A stretch of DNA of 56,437 nt, counting the filler, from Basidiobolus ranarum (lineage: Eukaryota): assembly GCA_040143965.1 (NCBI GenBank). It is 3 parts of 3 records of this genome, joined end to end, with 100 filler letters (N's around TTAATTAATTAA, not from the genome) between each part and the next. Parts side by side here need not be neighbours in the genome. Positions count along the whole stretch, not along the records: positions 1 to 18,779 come from JASJQH010007142.1; 2 more parts are not named here. The stretch is one strand, 5' to 3'. Made by a program: the position numbers and the translations under genes. Shown here piece by piece: positions 1-14,100 of this stretch. Every line of letters begins with the position of its first letter. The first letter of the stretch is position 1. A model generated the notes under the pieces. The model was not told the DNA's origin, did no database searches, and was given only the letters and a program-made list of their open reading frames with translations.

Positions 1-340
1 TCTTTACTGAGCCAGGGATGAAGTGTGAATGATATCATTAAAAACCTTGTTCATTCATGTTCGAGTCATTTAATAGATTAAACACTTGAAAGTTGTCAAC
101 AAAATCATAATGTACCACCAGCTCATTCTAGTGATTCTGAACAGTTCTTGAATGGATGATATGATACTTCTTGTCTTATACTAGCTCAAATATCGGTAAG
201 ACGCGCAATCATTAACAGGATTTGAAATCACTTTGGTCACGAGCTTGAATTCAATTTGGTACCAATAATGAACACACCAAATTCTGTGCACAATTAAGTC
301 GAATTCAGACCTCAACTATTTATTATGTATAAACAACAGA

Positions 341-651
341 TTATTTTCCAATTCCAAGGTTCTTAGCACAAGTGGTTACTTCACCATCAGGTTCAATAAG
401 TTTCACGTGTTCGGATACATTTAAAGAGGATAGATGGTCATCAGGAATAGAGGCAGCAAACCCAATGATGCCAGCGTCGTAACGATGCTTGATAGATCCA
501 CCTTGAGATTCGATCTTGGATGCCGCATCGTCGATAGCAGAGCGAGGGGTACCCTCATTGAACATAACAATATAGTCACCGGCTAAAATAAAATAAATTG
601 AGTGCATATTCATAGTGTAATATATGATGCCGTATGCTTACCTTGAGACAT
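341..651 (-). CDS. Peptidase inhibitor I9 family protein (subtilisin-propeptide-like; POIA1/Pbi2-like)
   Basis: ATG at 651, 10-nt exon 1 (642-651), GT-AG intron 583-641. Product MSQAGDYIVMFNEG...IKHRYD..IIGFAASIP...VKLIEPDGEV matches the I9 pattern YIV.F...Y...GF......V..IE.D. Confidence 0.85.
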
Positions 652-1561
652 TGTGTGGACGTGGGAAATAAAGAAATAAAGATTATACTTATCATGCTAG
701 CAGGGCGGCCTCTTAAATAGGTTCAGAAGGCCAAGTGTAATGCGGTCATTAGGGATTACGTAGTTGAAAGCCCAATTATATAAAGCATCGTCAGCTTGGC
801 AGTCCACGATCTCTACATCGATTAATTGGAGTTGATGATATCATTGATTTAGTCATCAGAGCGATCGATGGTTGAATTGTTGAATAAGCAAGCTTTATAG
901 ACAGATCAAAGTATTTTTATTAAGCAGTCAGTGAACATTTGGCTGATGATCATACCCATCTTGTACTCGAAAGATGACCCTAGCTCTAGTAGAACTCATC
1001 CGTTATGAAGACGCAATGTCTCCGTTGTTGACAACATTGTAGCATATCTTACATTCGCTCTGGAATTTTGCACTTGAGGATTTATTTAAGCTCAAAGCCA
1101 TACAAACCTGTTTCATTTAGAGATCACCGATCTACTTCTGAAGTATAGAAAAGCTCAGTCCAATCCTTCAAGCATGTAAGATTGAAACAATAATGCATAT
1201 CTTCAATGAAACATGAAGATACTTATTGCACTAGTGTTATCGGTTGAATTTGACAATTACATCATAGAAGCTTTACTTTGAAAGTTTGCATTGATGATAT
1301 TGATCTTCAGAATGGGTTGTGTTCCAATGCAGACGGTTAAGTGGGATGTCTTGTGTTTTTCTACATTCCATGCCATTTACGACTTTCGTCACCATCTGAA
1401 CCAATAATGGTAAACATGCTTGAGGAGTACCTAGAGTATAAAACGCTGGGTAGGCTCCGTCAAATGCACATTACAAAACACGTTGTTTCTTAACGACATC
1501 TGTTCTCCCTAATTACATATAGACCTGGGGAACCCATTGAATCTAATCATTGAATCTAAAA

Positions 1562-3116
1562 ATGAAAAAGGAAAATGACATTCAGATCTACATGTTGCCA
1601 CAAACTGACCAAGCCAAGGAGCAAGTGGATATCGAGATACATGTTTACGACTCTACTGATAGTAAAATCAACGTCTACATCGCATTTAGTGTATTCACAG
1701 CAGTACTCTCAACATACATCACTGGCTTCAATATCGGCTCCCCCAACATACCACAGCAAGTCATAATTGGCTGTAATTCAAATAATTACTCTTCATCAGT
1801 TCTTCCGGCATGCCTCCCGATGGCTCCTATAGTTTGGTAAGAGACTCAATCCTTGTTGCAATTCATCCAGATATATATAGCTCATTACAGATAATCTAAG
1901 GGGGTTCACTTTAGCTACGTTTGCTCTTGGTTCCCTAGTGGCAGGACTTAGTGCCGGATCAATTGCAGATCGCATTGGGAGAAGAAGAGCACTCTGGTTC
2001 AATAATACATTTGTAATTATTGCCGGAGTTTTGATGTCTACTGCTGGAAGTATTCCACAGATGATTGTCGGGAGATTCCTAGCTGGACTTGGAGGTGGTT
2101 GTGCCAGTGTGTTTGTTTCTATGTACAATTCCGAAATAGCACCGTTAAAGTATAAAGGTGTAGTGGGTACTATGACGCAAGTATCTTTAGTGAGTGGAAT
2201 ACTTAGTTCTCAAGGACTGGCATTACTATTTACTTACGTTCCTGGATGGAGGATACTCTTTTCTCTAACGGCTATTCCCTGTATTTTACAAATTGTACTT
2301 TTGTTCTTTTGTACTGAAACACCTACCTGGCTTATTAGACAAGGTCGGATTCATGATGCCAGGGCTTCTCTGCAAAAATTACGCAAAGGTCAAAGCATTG
2401 ACAACGAGTTTGATATTCTATATAGAATTAATTGCTCCACCGAGTCAGACTCTGACCATGAAGCTTCTGATAATGAAATCACTAGAGCCAAGACCATGGG
2501 GCTTATTGAGATTCTGAAAGTGAAAGAAACAAGACGTGGGCTTTTCAACGCACTTGCAATTCATGCATTTCAACAGCTATGTGGAGTCAATGCAGTCATA
2601 TACTATTCTACATCGATTTTTCAATCCATTCTCGGGCCTGAAAACTCTGGCGTCTTCACAGTGGTAGTTGCAGCAACCAATTTAACCATAACATTACTTT
2701 CTACAGTTTTGGTAGATCGTCTTGGCCGAAAGCCACTACTTTTAGTCAGCAGTTTTGGAATGTGTATATCTTGTATTCTAATGGTTATCGCCGCAAATAC
2801 TAGTATGGATATTATGGTTGTAATCTCAGTTATGCTATTTATTGGATTTTTTGCCACCGGTCTTGGACCACTTCCATGGCTTTTGGTCCCGGAGTTCCTT
2901 CCACCCGCGGCATTGGGAACTGGTGCATCTTTGTGTAGTGCTGTTAACTGGATGTTCACTTTTTTAATCGGATTCCTATTTCCGGCCATCAAACTTATTC
3001 TACAAGACTGGGCATTTCTACCATTCGCTATTACATCAGGGTGTTGCGGTTTGTATGTTCTCTTATTTTTCCCCGAGACCAAGTTTAAGAATTCCGAAAC
3101 AATCACTGAGCCATAA
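1562..3116 (+). CDS. MFS sugar porter (GLUT-like hexose transporter)
   Basis: Two exons (intron 1837-1900, gtaaga...ctaag). Sugar porter motifs ADRIGRR, GRFLAGLG, YNSEIAP, ETP.W, QQLCGVNAVIYY, DRLGRK, GLGPLPW, PETK. Confidence 0.93.
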
Positions 3117-4125
3117 TATTAGGAACACAAGAGCCCCTTCTTACCAAATATTTACCTCTGTACTTTAACATCGACGACCTATTCTATACATACACCAATC
3201 AAAAATGTTACAGCCACCGTTGAATTTTGACTAGATTTCCCTCTGTTTTGCTCTTAAAATATATGGCTTAGCGCATTCATTATCAATGTAAAAATAAAAT
3301 CAAGTTTTTCTTAATCTCTACGTATACGAACGAAACTTTTAAAAGGCCGAGAGAGTTCATTGTACCATGAGACGAAGCGATATCTCCAAACTGACCAATA
3401 AGGTCGATGGTAAAGAGTTAATGCTGGTTTCTCTTCGCCACCTGCAGGTTAATATCAAGTATCACTAATACAAGTGTGGCGGTATAAGCATCAAGTTGAG
3501 AGTTTATGATCGTTCTATCTAGCAGGTTTACACCAGAAATAATCATGGTCTTATCAACGATAGAAACCACTAGATAACAAAGACAAACTCTAGATCTAAG
3601 GTATACCAGTAATACGTGAGTTCTGACAGGGCCTAGATGGATGAAACCATAGTTATTAAGGAATTTGCGAAGTCACAGTAATTATTTCAATCGACTCTTA
3701 TTCATCCAAGCTATCTCAAATAATCCCACCATCACGAAGTTTTCATGTATGACCACATCGGTAATTCGTGTGCGTGTAGCGAAAGTGGATTTATTGTGTG
3801 AGCCGGGAAATGACCAGGGAAATAGTTACTTGCTGTAACTTAGTTCGTTAAAAATCTCTTCGTTTAACCACACTATCCAATGTACATTGCTGAAACCAAC
3901 CATTCCATTTCTTACCTGGAAGTAAAATCCAGATATGAAAACCAGATACTAAAACTATTCGACGAATGGTGGCGCTTGTACCTAATTACTGATCAAATCC
4001 ACGTTTGTTATCTACAGTGAGCTTCAATATCCACATCTCCAACTTCTTTCCTTATATCAACCCTCTCGTATCTAATCCTGTCACTCAATTCTTAGTTAAT
4101 CGAAGTTATCCTCATTCTTGATACC

Positions 4126-5218
4126 ATGCTTAATGCCTACCATCCAGAGTCTGCTGTCCATGACTGCCAAGCAAAGAAAGGTGATATTAAAGGCATCAAT
4201 GGCACATGGTTAAAGAGGATACTTACCCAACTCTAAATAGCTTGTTTAAGTTCTCTTTTGCAGAAGAACAGAGAGTGGTCTGCGAGTATCCAAGCACTTC
4301 AGAAGGACTTCTTCATCAAATCCGCACAAGGTCAAACCCCGGGTATCCTTTGGTTTGGTAAGATAAAACTTGGAGATAGGATTATGATGATGTCAGAAAC
4401 TTCAACATTTGATAAATTAGGTTGTTCTGATTCTCGAGTACCACCTGAGATGATAGTTCAATGTGGTAAGTTGCCAGTGGAAATCTGATGTAATACTTTA
4501 CTAACTATATATGTATGCCGTTTTACTAACGCGTGGACAGACCCTGGAGATATGTTTGTCCACAGAAATATTGCCAATGTCTGTCTCAGTGAGGATCTCA
4601 ACTGCATGTCGGTTATCCAATATGCAGTGGAAGTACTTAAAGTGAAGCATGTTATAGTGTGCGGTAAATATCCCTTCCCTAACGAAGCTTCCTATTTCTT
4701 TATACTAATATTTGTGTAGGTCATTACGGTTGTGGAGGAGTTAGAGCAGCAATTGAGAATCATAGCTATGGACTCATTGACAATTGGCTAGACAGGATAA
4801 AAGACATGATATCAGGCAGGTGCCCTTTAATATTCTAATACGTAGTAACGTTATATATTCTGACTCCCATTTTTATAATAGTGAATAGTAAACATCTCAA
4901 AAGTAAGCAGGAACTGCAAGTATAATTAAATCTTTAGTTAACACAAGTCACTACTATATAGATATCAAGGACGCTCAGCTTTACGAAGATTTGGTGGTTG
5001 AGTTAAATGTGGCGAAATCCATTCACAACATAACTCAAACTAGCTTCTTTCAAAAAGCATGGCAAAATGGCCAGTCGTTATCCATTCATGGATTCTGCTA
5101 CGACCTTCGTAGCGGAATATTAAATGATTTAGACATGGACTTTGATAATCACAATCAAACGATGCCCCCGGAGCAAATCAAGCATCTTCTGGGGAGAAAG
5201 TCTAGTGTCAAACATTAA
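4126..5218 (+). CDS. nce103: Beta-class carbonic anhydrase (paralog 1), multi-exon
   Basis: Spliced product carries [59 protein letters not shown] and IHGFCYD. The Zn ligands Cys/His/Cys and the Asp-Arg dyad are intact. Confidence 0.92.
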
Positions 5219-5829
5219 TCAATCTTTGGCAAAGAACATGATTAGCTACAACAATCGCATCACCAGTTAATCATTCACAGACTCATTTTTATTCAAGAAA
5301 TTATCAATAAACAATCGTTATTTATTACCGCGGTCACGGAGTTAACTAGCGGATCTTAGGTGCGGATATTTGCTCTCGCGTATAATAGAATTATGAATAT
5401 GCAAGTGTAGGGTTAGTTGTCTATTGGTGCCAATCGGATAATAAAAGGTGTTAGAATATCAACATTTGCAACATAATGAATGAATGACCTTCAATAATAG
5501 AGATGTGCCCTTTCTAACATACAACTGCCAATATTAATACAAATGCCAATACAAACACTACTGTTGTAGACCTCTTTTAGGTTCCTTCGGCGAATAAAAG
5601 ACTTAGGATCAACCAATGCGTTACGTTTATTACTCAAATCATATAAAGACCACTTGTTTTCGTCAATAAGGAGTTAGGAGGTTTCGGGTGAATCATCTGA
5701 GCTATAATCTAATAACTTGTTCCCTTTCCTATCTCTCGATTCACTCTTGACTAACCCCTCTTGTTGGCGGCCTATTGCCAAGAGAGCTCTTAACCAATAA
5801 CCAGATTAAAGCTTACTAACTCAAAGATA

Positions 5830-8800
5830 ATGTCTGATCCATTTAATAACCCCAAGTACCAAATATCCAACGGGAAACCAAGCCGTGAAGATCGTTCCCA
5901 TGATAACGGCTACTATATTCACAGCTCATCAAGTTCTCCACTCTATCCCATTGTACGTGAGAACTTCAATAACTCTACCTCAACCCTATCAAATCACCAA
6001 CAATACCAAGGAACACCCAAAGATCATCATTCTAAAGGATCGACCAAACACTCCCCGATCCATCATTCTCACCTGAGTCCATCCACGAATAGTGTTAATC
6101 ACAATGCTAGATCACGCTCGCCATTTGAGAGTGACACTTCCTCAGTGAGATCTTCTCCTTTCTCTGATAACCACAGTCGGACTCCCAAAGGTTTGCCTAC
6201 TAAGCCGTCAACCTATTCTTCAAAAGAAATCCTCAAAAAGAATGGTTCGCCAGTATCGCGTGACGTTGGGAAGTTGGACATTAATAAGCGTTGGCATTCT
6301 GAAGAGAAGCTCTCACCATCTAGGAATACTGAGCAGATGGAATCTTTGGATCCAAGCCAAGTTCGAAAATCACCAATTTCGGATTTGAGATCTCAAGCAC
6401 TTAAAAATCAATCTATCGCTAAATCTGGATACTCTGCCAAAAAGTCATCAGATGCTACGAAGAAAGGTGTAGATTACTCGAAGACCTCACCTGAGGCCAA
6501 GATTCAGCATACACAAGAGTTGTCCTCTCCAACAAAGGCGGCACATGATCCTGGAGCAAAGGCTATCGAGGAGCTCTATTGCAATAGGAATGCCCCACCA
6601 TCAAACGCTCGGCGTTACAAACAGTTTATGGAAGAGCGAAAGCGTAACATGAAATATGTTGAACTTACTTCCGGAAATCTTGTCATTGACTGTCCAGTTC
6701 CTGATAAGGTGATTAGTAACGTTCTGTACGCAGACACGGAAGAATTCACTCAAATGAGATATACAGCAGCTACCTGTGATCCCAATGATTTTCTTAAAGA
6801 GCGATACACTTTACGACCGGCCTTGTACGGACGCACCACAGAATTGTTCATAGTAATGACTATGTATAATGAAAGCGAGGAATTGTTTATCAAGACCTTT
6901 TCGGGGGTTCTTAAGAACATCCAACACTTGTGCAAGCGTTCGAAGTCAAGAGTATGGGGAAACAACGGCTGGCAAAAAGTGGTTGTTTGTATCGTTGCTG
7001 ACGGTCGGAGTAAAATTCACCCTAGAGTCTTACAAGTATTAGGATTGATGGGTGTCTACCAAGAAGGAATCAACCAAAACTCCGTCAATGGAAAGGTAGT
7101 GACTGCACACATGTATGAATTTACCACCCAGAAATATGTGGATAAAAACTTACGTGTGCACAGTATCAAAGAAAAGAACATGGACCCAATCCAAATTCTT
7201 TTCTGTCTGAAAGAGAAGAATGCGAAAAAACTGAATTCACATCGATGGTTCTTCAATGCCTTTAGTCCATTACTAAACCCCAATGTATGTGTGTTGTTGG
7301 ATGTCGGGACAAAGCCGAGTCGTACCTCGATATATCATCTTTGGAAAGGTAAATAGCAGATACACGATCCATAGCCTTTTGATATGTAAATAATTCATTA
7401 ATAATTGCTTTAATTCTTAGCCTTCGATCGGAACTCTAACCTTGGCGGTGCGTGCGGTGAGATCTGTGTTGAATTAGGAAGAGGCTGGAAAAACCTCTTA
7501 AATCCTTTGGTAGCAGCACAAAACTTTGAATACAAGATGAGTAATATACTGGATAAACCTTTAGAGAGTGTATTTGGCTACATTAGTGTACTACCAGGTG
7601 CCTTCTCTGCCTACCGTTATGCTGCTCTGAAAAATACCTCTCCTGGTGTTGGACCTTTGGCTTCTTACTTCAAAGGAGAATCAATGCATGGTGCTAACGC
7701 AACTGGAGGTATATTCGAGGCTAATATGTACCTTGCTGAAGACAGAATATTGTGCTTTGAATTGGTAGCAAAAAAGAATTCAAAATGGATATTGAAATAC
7801 GTCAAGGTAATCTTTTTCTAGCCTGATGTATGTTAGTAGAATAAGACTGACACTCTAATTCTCACCTAGTCTGCTAAAGCTGAAACTGATGTACCTGATT
7901 CTTGGCCAGAATTCATCTCCCAACGTCGTAGATGGCTGAATGGCTCTTTGTTTGCTGCCTTCTTTGCTACCGCTCATTGGTTTCAAATCTTTCGTACAAA
8001 CCATAGTCGCAAAAGAAAGTTTCTATTTCTTGTGGAGTTCTTTTACAATACTATCGCATTGCTTTTCAGTTGGTTTTCAATTGTAAGATTCTTTCATTTG
8101 CTAGCAATCTGTCCTAGTGAAGGAACTAAATCGTCGATTCTATTTACAGGGAAATTTTTATTTGTTTCTTTACTTTCTAACTGAAAAATCGATTGTCAAG
8201 GATGTTGATGGGAAGGTTCTTCGAGGTGGAGATCCAAGTCGACCAGATCCTTTCTTTGGTGCTGCATGGTTGGTTTACCCAGTGATCCGGGAAGTTTTTC
8301 TATTAGGCCTGATTGTTCAATTCATTCTGGCTCTAGGGAATAGACCTCAAGGCTCTCACTCTGTGTACATAATATGTGTGTGCTTGTTTGCTTTTGTCAT
8401 GTTAATTATGACATATACTGTATTTTTTCAATTGGTGTTGTACTTCAAAAATCCTGCAACCCTATTGTTGCTCCGTCAAGCACCATTTTCTGCTGAAAGT
8501 ATTAACCTCTTTGTAGCTTTGGCATCTACCTATGGTGTATATTTCATCAGTAGTTTTCTTTATTTCGAACCATGGCATATGATCACCTGCTTCATCCAGT
8601 ACATGCTGATCTTCCCTTCTTACGTAAATATCCTGATGGTCTACGCCTTTTGTAATACTCATGATGTATCCTGGGGGACCAAAGGAGATAATGTTCCAGT
8701 CTACGCAGACTCTGTTCACGGCAACGTTACCAGTACAACAAACCAGGCTGGTGTTGAAGTAGCCAAAGTTCAGGTACCAACAGAGAAGACAGATATCAAT

Positions 8801-9079
8801 GGGATTTACGACCGAATGGAACAAGATTTGAGTATTCGACCTAAAGTTGAAGCACAAAAACGGGATGCAAAAACTCTCAAGGACGATTATTACAAGTTGT
8901 TCCGTACCCGTGTGGTCCTGCTATGGATTGTCACCAATGCTCTACTGGCGATCTTTGTGCAAGGAAAGTTGGCCAGTGATTGGTATCTTAAGTTTCTTTT
9001 TGTGGCAATAGCTTCTCTTTCATCAATCAAACTGATCGGTTGCACAGCCTATCTCATCCTTAGATTGATATTTGGTTGA
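5830..9079 (+). CDS. chs: Chitin synthase (division 1, class I/II-type) with long Ser/Pro-rich N-terminus
   Basis: Motifs [93 protein letters not shown]. Introns 7349-7420, 7807-7869 and 8083-8149 join the ORFs in frame. Confidence 0.96.
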
Positions 9080-9570
9080 ACGGTCTTATGTTCAGTATCA
9101 CTTGGTTACCCTCTAATCACATCAGTTTCTAATTTTAGCCTTTTGCATACAGATATGGTATATTCCTTTGTACTTGAGATTCGCTTGTCTAGATAGAGAA
9201 CTAGTCTTAGAAAATTGTAACTTAGATAAAGTAAATTGATATTACCTTTTCACACCTTGAACATCTTCGTATCAACAAATTGCTTAATCAAAGGATGTTG
9301 TGAACATATTATGGTGATTGTTGTAATTAAGTCCGACTCTCATCCCATTACAGTAAGAATCCTCTTAACACTGCTATAGGCTAGAAAGACAAGGGTCGGT
9401 TTGATCGTATAATTTATTAAGACTGCGTATGTAACGTAAGCAGTCACTCAAAATCGTCTCCTTTTCAATCCTTAGCCACCACCGCTCACGTATAAGCCAC
9501 TTCACTTTAGCCCAGCAGTTAAAAGCACCCATACAATTTATATCAAGGACAACTTTAGAAACAGATTACT

Positions 9571-10647
9571 ATGGCTCAACCATTGGTGGTTCAGTCTCAC
9601 CGTCTCTATACTTTCCAATGGAAGTTAAGCAACTTGACTAAAGAGTTCAATTCTCAATTGATCACGCCTACTTTTGTCGCTCAAGAAGTTCCTTGGAAGT
9701 TATGTCTAACTCCATCACGAGATAAAATACACATATCAGTACATCTTCAGCCGGCATTACCTCTTCTACTTCCAAAGGAAGTGGAATTTTGTGTATATTT
9801 GCGTCGTGAACCAGGTACACGACGTCGTCTAAGGAAGTCAACAATGCGTCACCGGTTTTTCAAACGATCCAAGGCAGGTTTCGAGCGTTTTTTAGCGCGC
9901 TCTGAACTAAACAAATATGTTCATAATGGCCACGTAGTGTTAGGAATAGAGATGTATTACCAACCAGCTAATTCAATTGAGAGTCCCGAAGAACTACTTT
10001 ACCCTGAAGAAATTGAAAGTGATGAGGAATATGATGTTCCAGAATTCTTCGAGAAATTGAACGACCCAAGCTTTAGTGATGTGGAGTTCCTAGTTGACTC
10101 TCGAGTGATATACGCTTCAAGGTTCTTGCTAAAGGCGAGAAGCAAATATTTTAGAGATTTATTTAGTGGCTACTCTATGACTAAGGATGACCCTTTCAAA
10201 GTCTATGTGGATGGGTTCCACTTCGAACCATTACTTGGAGTGTTTGCATGGATTTACACGGGACGACTTCATCAAGTAGCCGGATGTGATGAAGATCCTA
10301 TGGGGTTTCTTTGTGAGATGTATGCGATCGCTAGAATGTACTCTCTCAAAGGTTTAATGTTGATACTAGGAAATCGTTTCAATCAAGTTATCGATGTAGA
10401 TAACTTTGACCGAGTGATGGAACTCTCGAGTGCTCTAGAAATCCCGATATTGTTGGCCAAGGTCTGTGTTTTCGCTGCTCTCCATTGGGATAGTGTTTGC
10501 AATAGCAATGCTTTATTGAGGCTATTAAAGTCCAAGCCTGATCTTTCGAAGTTGCTAATTAATGGGGTCATGTCTTCACGTGAAGGTGCAACTGAATCAG
10601 AAATCGCATCGCTTCTGAAGAAAAATAGTCACAACACACTATGTTAA
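9571..10647 (+). CDS. MATH-like plus BTB/POZ domain protein (SPOP-like Cul3 adaptor architecture), intronless
   Basis: N-terminal FQWKLSNL...PWKLCL...GFERFL (MATH-like), then FSDVEFLVD..IYASRFLLKARSKYFRDLF and WIYTG (BTB), then a BACK-like helical tail. Confidence 0.8.
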   Translation: MAQPLVVQSHRLYTFQWKLSNLTKEFNSQLITPTFVAQEVPWKLCLTPSRDKIHISVHLQPALPLLLPKEVEFCVYLRREPGTRRRLRKSTMRHRFFKRSKAGFERFLARSELNKYVHNGHVVLGIEMYYQPANSIESPEELLYPEEIESDEEYDVPEFFEKLNDPSFSDVEFLVDSRVIYASRFLLKARSKYFRDLFSGYSMTKDDPFKVYVDGFHFEPLLGVFAWIYTGRLHQVAGCDEDPMGFLCEMYAIARMYSLKGLMLILGNRFNQVIDVDNFDRVMELSSALEIPILLAKVCVFAALHWDSVCNSNALLRLLKSKPDLSKLLINGVMSSREGATESEIASLLKKNSHNTLC

Positions 10648-11116
10648 AGATTCCTGGTTCACACACTTTTTAGCTAGTGTAGTACTTTTTTACTGCTTAC
10701 ATTAAGCAGAATTACATGATCAATCGCATTCATATATTCACCATTATTAGCAGTCTCTAGAATCTTATTCGATTCCTCTTATTACGGTAATGTTAATGTT
10801 AATATGCGGCAGCTCTGCATCAGCTAGTTTTAAGGTTGTAAATAATTACGATTTAATATCAAATTGAATAAAACGATGTAACGTTGCTTGGTGCGTCCAA
10901 TGTCTCGTTCATGTCACAGTATAAAGAAGGAGCTAGATATTCTAAAATGGAACCTTCAGAGGAATAGGGGAAATATAAGATTCGTCAGCGTTACAAGACT
11001 TGGAAATAATTCTAGAAGAAATCAGGATATCCAAATATAATAAAAATGGAAATAAAGAGAAGTAAATGTACATGTCGATGTATCGAAATTATTCAAGTAA
11101 AATGTTCGGCCTGGAT

Positions 11117-14100
11117 CTACTCCAAGAGAGTGCAGTGGCTAGCCGGGAACCAACCGGTTCGTCCACTATCCATATCTTCACCATACCACATGGCGCCAGA
11201 ATCTTCGCCTTCAGTTTTACTCACCATGAGAACAGACCCCAGAGGTAGATTCATCTCATCAGGATGCTCTGCTTGAAATGGATATATTGCTGTGCATTTA
11301 AATACTTTAGTAGTGGTTCTACGTGGCAAGGGAGGAGATTGTGCAGCATTAGTAGCATAATCTGGCAAAACACTTGGGCCCCAACTTGAAGCTTCTTCTA
11401 AGGTCATAAATGGATCATCAAAGACTTGACGAACGGGCGGTTGAAAGTTCAAAGGTGGATTTCCATTGGAAACTAGAGTATCGAACAAAAAACAAGATTA
11501 GTTTTGGTGCGTACATCAAAATCTACAGATAAATTTACCTGATCTTGCCATTGGTTGCTGCACTCGGTTTACATTAGATTTAGCTGAAAGACTTGGATAG
11601 TCTGTAGAAGTGCCATTAATAATACAGAAAACATCAAGAATATAGCATTTGTATTGAACCTTTTCGAGATCTAACGGAATGGCTTCCCAGACTAGGGTAT
11701 TCAGAATTGTTGGCTGCTTCTAATTCAGTTGAATACGCAGATTGCAGACTAAGTGTGCGGCCTACCAAAATGTACAAATGTTTAGAGCAGAGCTGATGCA
11801 TACTATACAAGTAGATCTATTAATACCCAGTGATACTGAAGTGATAGAGCTACTATCCAATGAAGTTCGACTTGGAGAATCTGTTGAGAAAGTCTAGTAA
11901 GCGAAAGAATTTCATCTAAAGTCTACATCAATGCACATACAGTTTCCATCTTTTTTGAGCAAATGGATCTCATCAAGTTGATGATGGAATCCACCCTCGT
12001 GCTCTAAAGATTGGTGATAATCTTGGATGATATTCTTCAAATCGTCATTTTCAGAATCATTGGGAGTAAGGAACTGATGTACATGTTCGAGTTCTTGAAC
12101 GAGCCCTTGGTAAAACTTGGCCTGGATGCTTGCTATTACCTGCACCAAGATGTTATAGAATTGCGTGGTAAGACCAAAGAACTTTGGTAGCTCGTCTTGC
12201 AACTGAGCATTAATGGCAATATAATCGTTGGCAGATTTCTCCAGCGCTGCATCAGGCTACGAAGCGAAAAGGATTAGGTATCGACGTTGTGAACATAAAA
12301 TCCATTGGAATTTTGGCTATTACTTTATCTCCTCTGAGCTTGATACCACGAGCTCTGTCATAATCTAAGAGTTTTTTCTCTCGTTTTCTTATAACCGTTT
12401 GGGGCTTTTGGAAGAGACTCAAGAATTCTTCAACTTGTGGAATAATTAGTGATTTAATACTAGAATCCTGAATAAACAATGGCTTAAGTAAAGAGGGAGA
12501 ATTATTGGATACTGAGTAGCACTCACCAATCGTCGTTGAGCTTCCATATAAATTTTAGTCATAGAGAGGCGATACTCTTTCGCTTGACTTTCAAGCCCTC
12601 GCTTTGATTGATCTCCAAAGCTATCGTTAGCGTACATTCTCTCTATCATCTCGGAAAACTTCATTTGCATATCGAGATACTCTGAAACTAATGTTAGATC
12701 TCTCACTAAAGAGTTGGCAGAAGCTAGGCTATTTACCTTGTACTCGACATTTCCAACTTTCAACTTGCGCAACGAGATTCTTGGCTTCGCACTGCTGATG
12801 TTCGAATTTCGCAAGGAAATGATCAAACAATACATCCGTCTACATAAAAACATAAATCTGGTTTGATTTGGTTCAAAACGTATTACTAGCATTCAAAATT
12901 TACTGTAGCATCTTGGAGTCCAGCTGCTTGCTTAAACTAGAAGAATTCCATACATTAGTGCATTTGCAAATATGAGTCAATCAAATATCTTCAATATACT
13001 TGTTGAGTCCTCCGGGTAATTCTCTTGTTGATACCGTGACTGAGTACAACTTCTTTCTTCTTGATCCCAACTATAGTCTCCACAATATCTTTACGCTTCT
13101 TGATCTCGTTAATACGTTCAGCCACCTTTTGAATATCTTGGTTAGCACTTCTCAAGTGACTGAAGTCGGGATCTGATTCAGGAGTAAGAACTAATATTTG
13201 CTGTTAAAGTCGACAAAAATTGATATTCGTCTTTTAGTACTGAGTGATGAAAATATAGAAAAGTCAACATATTTGTGGCAAGTACCTGAAGCAACAATGG
13301 ATACTTGAGAACCCTCTGGACAGGTTTAATCAATAAAGAACCAAAATCCCAACTTGTTGTTTGTCCTTTCATTTCTTCTTTACATTTCTAATAAGCACTC
13401 TAGCTTTAGTAAGCTCATCAAAGTGCGTGCACTCTTCAGAAACAACGAACCTCAAAGAAATCATTCGCACCCTGGTTGCTCTGCAACTCATTTAGTCGAA
13501 TTACCGCAGACTCGTGAGCTTTACAATAGTTGCAATAGACGGTCTCCAAAGAGCCCATCTTGAATTCGATATGTTATACAATACATCCAATTTACACCTG
13601 CATAAGCAACTAAAAACATACCATCAAAGAAAATGCTTCCCCAATCCATTTTGATGGCTTCTCAGATTCATTAGAAGGCCCGCTAGAAGCTACTTTGAGT
13701 AGTTCACTAAATTCTTGAGTAAACTCAATTACTTGTGGCAAATTACAAAACAACGTCTTAATGTCGCGCGAATGAAACACTTCAGATTTCTGTGCCTGTT
13801 GGAAGTAAATCTAGCAATATAAAGAGATCATGGAGGTTGATTTAATGTGTGAATTGGCGAACAGGAAGGTAAAATTCCTTACCTGGTCTAAAATATGTAG
13901 ATCTTTGAGATATGAGATTTCCGTATCAACTAATTCTTGAATTACTTTCGCTTTTTTTTCCGCATTTTTATGTTCTTGATCATTCATGGAACTGTCAATA
14001 CTAGGTCGAGTAGATAGCGATTCACTTGAATAGCTTCGAGGCCGGCCCGGGAGTGGTGGCGAAGGTTTATAGATAGGAGAGACATTGTTGATAGAGATGT

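Noticed and set aside
2621-3106. Antisense/overlapping ORFs inside real genes (also 8462-8857, 26812-27180, 30194-30541, 53283-53687)
   Set aside because: Shadow ORFs opposite well-supported CDSs.
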